NCBI RefSeq assembly: GCF_964355755.1
Contig: NC_092670.1
Location: 33,468,388-33,532,387 of the forward strand
Source: Antedon mediterranea
Taxonomy: Eukaryota; Animalia; Echinodermata
DNA length: 64,000 nucleotides
Reading direction: 5' to 3'
Under the pieces are notes generated by a model that ran no database searches, was not told where the DNA came from, and saw only the letters and a list, made by a program, of their open reading frames with translations. Below are positions 57,271 through 64,000 of the stretch, piece after piece. The stretch's first letter is position 1; every line of letters starts with the position of its first letter. A program made the translations under genes and the position numbers.

Positions 57271-60200
57271 TAGTATAGGCTGGTATGTCGTTTATATGAA
57301 TGTCGTGTATATTTTTTGTTAAAAGCAAACTTTGACTTTATTTTATATCTTGATAATATAAGGAATGAAAAAAAATATGTTGCCATTTTTTCAAAAGACA
57401 TTTAAAGGACCAAATTCAAGATGGCCGCCAACATTCAAATAACCCTATTAAAAATCAGAATATCATCAATAATACAAATTATAAATATGGAACAAGTCCG
57501 TTTTGATGGTATTACTGTACCCATTATACAATCCTAACTATGTAAAGCGATAATCTGTCGGCCATCTTGGATTTCAAAATGGCCGCCACTAAAAATTAAA
57601 TTCTTTAAATAATTTTTTTTAAATATGTGTGCATAAATTGTTGTTTGTACACAATGTTCTAAAATTGTCACTTCTCACAGGATTGTAAATTGTAAATATA
57701 AGGCTAAAGTTGTCAATGTCCTCTATAACAATAATACCCCACTATGACTATAAAATTAAATAATCGTTCAAAGTTGGAGTTGCAAAAGTATGGAACAAAT
57801 TAACAATTTATATCAAATATTCAACAACAATTACGTCTAACTAGAGGGTTAGACATCTTGTTCGCTCGCTCCCCTCTAGGAAGTGTAAACTAAGGTTCTC
57901 GGAAGGATAATGACTCGGGTAAAAAGGTTTTAGAAGGACGTTCTCCTTGTACGTTTTCTGTCGGTTACCATTATTGAAAATGCTTGACATTCGAAAAACT
58001 AAACCTACTCTGTTTCACAGTGTCTTAGATGATTAATAACATTTTAAAGTATAGTGTTTATTGTTTTATAGGGATGTGGGGAGGCAGAGTTCATTTGAGG
58101 GAGTTGCTTATTCGAGGGATTTTTTAGTCTTAATAATATCGTAACATTTATAATCAAATAAAATCCTCTAATAGATATGAAAAGTGGTAAAAAATTATAA
58201 CAAATGCTTGGTAAATTATAGTTAACAGTGTAATGAATTCTATTATAAATAGTATATACAATATTGTGTGTATAATTAATGTGGATGGGCGTTTATTAGA
58301 TAGTTGGGTAGGTGGGGGGAGGGGGTGTAGGCGATTATTATTCAAAGTGTTTTATTGGGGAGGCGTTTATTCAAATAAATACCATCATAATACATTATTT
58401 AATTTAAACATCTTTTGAAACTAACTTCCGCGACAGTGTAGGCCGTTTCGGCCCAAGAAGGAAGATGTTTTAGACGGCTTGCAATATGGGCCCTAATGGG
58501 ACACAGATAGCCTACAGTTATTCCTGCCAGCTTACTCAATAAAACTCGGCTATCGGGATTTTATTTTTTAACTACTGTACCTTCACACGCGTGGTTTAAT
58601 CCGAAAATAAACAAAAAACTAAAATAGCTAATAGCCACTAACGACCAACTTTACTGAAACCAGGTAGTTGCAAGGTGAACCTGTGAACTCATCGTGAACC
58701 CGGAAATTACTTTGACCGCGTACAATTGAAATTGAGTTGAAAATCTACCGATGAATCAGAAATTTTGTTTTAAAACTCTTTATAATATATTCCTAAGATA
58801 GAAATATGGAAAAATATCGTAATAGTGAAAACTGTTTTACATTTCGCGGTACACCTGAGATAGTTCAGGTAGGTATCCAAGGCAGAAATTTGTTCCAAAG
58901 TTTTTCCATTGTGCTCGCCTATGTCAGAATTAACCATAATTTATATATAGATTCTAAATTACAGATCTCATTTCTTTTCATGAAACTGAAACTTAACAGG
59001 AGACAGGACCACAATATAAAACAAGTGCATTTATACCTTATTGTGAAATCCTGTATAAATATGTTAAATAATAAATGCGTTATTGCTATGTAATTCAATG
59101 TCTGAACCTTCAGAGCCATAGTCACCAGTATGGTTGGTAAGTTTCAACCTATCAACTTTTGGCAGAAGCTTGAAGAAAATACAGATAAAGCTCTGCCTAT
59201 AAATAACCTTGTAAATGAATGAACTCCTACTTCTCATCTTCTACAATCTCAACCAATTTCATTAGATATGTACCCCCTACAGACAGACCAGCATTATACA
59301 CTGGTTTGATGAGTGCACATGGTTGTGGTATAAAAACCCATGTACTAGGGAAAGACAAGAATGCCTGGTGATGACTCTTACCCGAGATGAGTGGAGGTGG
59401 AAAGAAATGACATCAAAAAGCAATTATTATGTCGACCCGGTGAACTATATGGCTTTTGGTTGGACATGTAACATTGTGAAAATAGTGTTGAGGCAAGTGC
59501 TTTTTTTGAAACTGAACTTGTATTACCTATACAACTAGTGACACAAATCGGGACAAAAATATCTTAAATGGAAAACATCTGTAAAGGACAAAAGAACACT
59601 AATTCTGCTTTCTCTCTACAACTTGCTTCTACAAATGCAGACGGAGAAAGAGATTCTAAGTTAAGTATCATTTTGTTTGAAAGAGGCTGATCATAAAGAT
59701 ATTAACTTGAATACAGAGAGTCGACGAAATCTAAATGATGTGGTTAAACTATATCCCTATATACAGTATGGTATGTATATGAGAGGACATGTATGTGTGA
59801 GACTTGCTGGATTTACATCAATTGATCAGGGTCATTGAGCGTGGTATCATTGGAATAACATAAATTAATGATTTCATCAGAGCTGGCAAATTTAGTTTAC
59901 ATTTAAAGAGAGATGATATCCCGATTAATGAAGAATGCTGCAATTCGCACAAAGGTGTTTGTTGGCCATGGCATGATGAAATTGGACAGAAAATGTTTGA
60001 GGCATTGGTAAAAGTCTTGTAGAAGGCAAACTGTCTATATGGGATCCTAAGAAAACGACGAATATTGGCAAAAAATATATATGACGGTGAATACAGGTGA
60101 CAAACTTATCAAAGTAAAAGAAGACTCCTATAGAGATTATTTGCCGGTGAAATGAGGTATTTCAGTTATTTTGCCAATTTGTTTCTGAACAAGGTCTGTG

Positions 60201-60944
60201 GAAGTTTGATGGATACAGCAGTAGAGAACGAAGGAAGGTCAACTTACTGTATCGCATCCAAGATTAGAAATATTTCATTGAAGGACTTTGGCAGAGTTAG
60301 TTGTCATTTAACTGAAGAAGTTTATGAGATGTTTTAATATGAAGAAGTGTACTGTCAGTACTGTAGACCTCCTGATGGTCAACATTTTGTGTTAATCACC
60401 ATGTTGTTGTCATAAGCATATCATTTTGTATATTTCAATCTAATTTTATTTAACTTATACAAGTTTTAATAAGAAATTTAACCCATTTTAAAAAAATTGC
60501 GGCCATTTTAAAATTCAAAATGGCCGCCATTTTGTGTTAATCACCAATGTTGTTGTCATAGGCCTATCATTTTATGTGATTTCAATCAACGTCATAACTT
60601 GCACATGTTTTAATAAGAAATTTAATCCATTTTTTAAAAATGGCGGCCATTTTGAAATTCAAAATGTCAGAATACTAATGAATATAGGTTTATAATAATT
60701 CTTATATAGCAGAGAACCCATATGAACTTAAAATATTATTCATAATGGGTGTTACTTTGTCCAATATGGTACATTTATTGGATATTTTACATATTGGCGG
60801 CCATCTTGGATTTGACACCCTTAAGCTTTTTAAAAAAAATGGCAACATATTTTTTTCATTACTTTACATCCTAAAGACACTAAATCAGCTGGAATTTTGC
60901 TTTTAACAAAAAAATGACACGAAATTACATACTGGCCTACACTA
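57271..60944 (+). mobile_element. Decayed Academ-like DNA transposon
   Basis: Imperfect TIRs of about 170 bp (TAGT...ACTA), 3-bp TSD TAT, repeated aagatggccgcc motifs in both arms. Broken transposase-like peptides at about 59700-60150 (FTSIDQ, ERGIIGI, EIGQKMFEALVK, LVEGKLSIWDP, TGDKLIKVKED). Confidence 0.72.
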
Positions 60945-61183
60945 TATTGTATTCGAAGTTCAGTTCAGATAACTAAATATTTGTAACCAAACGTTATATC
61001 TAAAATGCATGCCGTTAGCTGAGCTTTAGGGAGGCTAAGTTATTTAGCAGTTTTCATCAGCAATGCATTTGTTGATGAAGAAACATTTCTATTTGAATAA
61101 CTGATATAAAATAGAAATAACCATTACTTATTTCAGAGAGCGTTCTTATCCTAAGCAAAACCAACTTATTTAAATATTTTTCA

Positions 61184-63632
61184 ATGGACCAACTATCTTC
61201 AGTTGAATTGTCGTCAGTTGATATTACTACGGTACTGATCCTATTGCTCCTGCCAGATTGCTGATGCATCACCACCAGAAAATTCTAATGCTTCATATAC
61301 CCGTTTACAGAAAATCATCATGGTGTGTATTGCGTTATCACACGTCTTAAACAATATGGCATATTCTGTTCTTACTCCGTTCTTCCTCTAACCGTGAGTA
61401 TACTTTAAGTTAAGTTTCTTAATGAAGATGATCATAACCCACTTCCGCTCCCAACCAAAAAAAAACAAAAATAAATAAACTCTTGTTTTATGTGGACAAA
61501 CACAAGCACCAAAAATGTTTTGGTTAAAGTGAATAACGATTATGCGACATGTGGTAATCGTTAAAATAAATTATCTTTTAGGATTTCTTCTGTTTTCCTC
61601 CAAATATCCTACAAACACAAATTAAGAGTAAACAAATATGGAACGGCAATCCAATCCGCAATTTTTGTATTTCTATTAAAAAATGTAACTAAATATATGA
61701 CATTCTAGTTTTACAGGCAGAGGAGCACGGAGCTACACTGTCTGAAGTAGGGTTAATATTTGGGGTTTACTACGTGTTAATGTTTGTCTTTGCACTTATC
61801 ACCGGAAAACTTGTGAGTTTAAGGAATACATTATTTATCAAAACTGAAAACGATATGTTATCAAAATAAAATTCAGCATGTAGAAGCACAATACATGTAT
61901 TAGGATAGTAAAGATAAATTCGAAGTTAGACTAGCTATTGCAGCCAATACATTTTGAATTGTAGAAAACTCGGGGGAAATATGGCAAGGGTTTATTTCCA
62001 TTGAATAGCCAAAAAAGGAAATTAGAACATGTTTATTACAAGCATTAAAACAAAATGCTGGTGTTGAAATTACAGTAAAAATATAGTTTTTCAATTTAAC
62101 AATGACAACAATTTGGCAAGATCTACTATTTTATAACCTCTGAGGTTTTATGAATAAATATCACAAATAGATCCCAGTGTTTGGTTTAAAGCCAACCTTA
62201 ACAGTTGGTTACGTCATTGCAACAATAGGATATTTCCTATTGTTTGGGTAGGTTTTTATCATTTTATTTTCATAATCTCAACATACAATTAGCTGTTAAG
62301 ACAAGTTAGTGCTAGATTAATCCTGATTTGATTGCTTTGTACTTATTTAATTAATACTGACCATTGCCGTCAATACTGTTAGTAGCTAATAGTATTGAAA
62401 AAGTTTGCTAATAATTAAATGTTATGTGGGGCCTAGATTCTCTTGAACTATCAATACACAAATCTCTCTCTCTCTCTTGATCCTTATATTTGCTTTGTAA
62501 ATTACATTTCATGCAATAAATGTTTTTTTTTATGAAAAAGGGTCCTAAGTAAATATTAGAGGAAACATTCATTGCATGATAGATTTCAAAAGTCAGGTTC
62601 ATAACTTGATACATTATTTTTTTGTCAATGGAAAAAAATGTTGTGCTTATGTTATGGAACGAAATAAAGTTGATTGATTGTCAAAAATCACAAACTCATA
62701 TTTTGGAAAGTGTTCTTAATCGAAAGAGCAGATTAGAATTTTTAAATATTTCTCAAACTACATTTGCCCACCATTTCCAGTAGTGTGGTTTGGTGAGAGT
62801 GTAAAGAAGTATATATAACTTCATAATCCGCAGTTGAACTACACAACTCGTAGAATGCGCGCGAACATCACCATGAACCTATCTGAATATTGTGTATAAT
62901 TTTATTTATTATTTGTGTATACTGCAACTCTGCTATGCTACAAAATAATAATTATTTGATTTTAGGTTTGTTGACATTTTCGAAGAGAAATCAACATTTT
63001 CGTTACGAGTTTTGACATCCATGGGTGGAGCAGCAGCTATAACGGCGAGCTTAACAATACTTGCAAATTGCTTTCAATGAACAATGTCCCAACCAATGGT
63101 AAGGGCAATTATAACACTGTTTTCATTGATGTTGATACTATATAGTCTTGCGCTTAACGCCATTGTTTTGACAACAACACATTTTAATAAATCGGTCGAT
63201 TTGTTTTTCATTTCGTGAGTAAATTTTCTGAAGCTCCCTCTGTTTTTTATCTTAAATTCTTGCTCAGTAGAGCCAGTAGATCTTGGACAAATGTGATTGA
63301 TTTGCATCGTTGGTAACATAAACCAATCCAACCCGCAATCCAATACTCATTAGTCTCACTAATTCATATAGGAGATTTTATTATTTTAACTGCTCATCCA
63401 CGTCACAGCCAATCACTTTTTGTTTCTATGGGGTAGTCAGCCTAACTGCACATGCGCAGCGACGATTGAAGGCTACATCATTGGCATTAATACAAAGTCA
63501 TCTAAAAATATAGTTTCCATCTTTGAAATAAAGTTTAATGATTTTTATGTAACTTTTTTATATAGGGAAATATTGCTGCAAGTGCTGGACTCGGTATGGT
63601 ATAGGTATATTGTTGGTGGCTTACTTTATGAG
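61184..63632 (+). pseudogene. SLC18B1-like tandem paralog, pseudogenized; probably continues beyond the window
   Basis: Exon relics 61137/61184-61393, 61717-61812, 62171-62247, 62966-63098 and 63566-63632 mirror coding exons 1-5 of the upstream gene. Lesions: frameshifts in exon 1, in-frame TGA at 63078-63080, and exon 5 of 67 nt instead of 69. Confidence 0.82.
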
Positions 63633-63754
63633 GTCAGTGTTTCCTAAATCTATTGTACCTATTATGAATACATACTGGCCATAATTCAATAAATATTACA
63701 AATTGTTAGGACTAATGCATTTCTAAAACACACCGACTGTTACGTTTTGTACAG

Positions 63755-63962
63755 CATTACACCGCAACAGCTCTGGTAGAGTGATTGCCATTTGAAGTTA
63801 TGAGGTCGATTTCTAGGCCATGTGTAGGAAGATGATCAACATTTCTCTGGGGTGTACGGTGGTGTCAGTGAAAATGAGAGTACGGTAGTAACCAGCCCTA
63901 CAAAAACTGGGGGATAATCTCCAGCAATAGGGCATTGCTCAGACGAGGATTTGACTTGACTA
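63755..63962 (+). mobile_element. Possible SINE/RTE-tail relic
   Basis: GC-richer block ending in a gacttgact-type short-repeat tail. Confidence 0.3.
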
Positions 63963-64000
63963 CAAAGGTTTTTATGACTTGGAAACTTCCTCCACCTATA

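Noticed and set aside
58806-60337. Short ORFs as an independent host gene
   Set aside because: They lie between the TIRs of the Academ-like element, and the transposase-like residues are spread over several broken frames.
63078-63080. In-frame TGA as selenocysteine or readthrough
   Set aside because: It aligns to Asp rather than Cys in the paralog, and independent frameshifts in other exons indicate a pseudogene.

Overview
AT-rich, intron-rich animal genomic DNA with GT-AG introns. An invertebrate deuterostome such as an echinoderm is my inference from the gene content and repeats; it is not proven. All host genes are on the + strand. (1) The last seven coding exons of exostosin-1 (EXT1), 1086-13837; its large first exon lies before the window. 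(2) A 23-coding-exon gene of about 1386 aa (19664-37195, putative 5' exon ending at 16852) that resembles OFCC1/ojoplano, with a coiled coil, a C2-like domain, four TM helices and two kinase-consensus hexapeptide arrays. (3) A complete 11-coding-exon SLC18B1-like MFS transporter of 482 aa (45667-54887). (4) A tandem SLC18B1-like pseudogene from 61184, probably continuing past the window end. Introns and intergenic DNA carry non-autonomous Helentron/Helitron2-like elements, two of which are nested inside relatives. They also carry DINE-1/HINE-like elements, Harbinger/Kolobok/hAT-like MITEs, a CR1/L2-like LINE relic, SINE relics and a decayed 3.7-kb Academ-like transposon with its TSD intact. 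I see no unmistakably new biological system. The best leads are the self-nesting rolling-circle family, whose termini co-vary and some of whose copies carry a tRNA-like Pol III promoter, and the cilium-like, multisite-phosphorylation architecture of the OFCC1-like protein. Gene models and coordinates were read by eye and no database searches were run.
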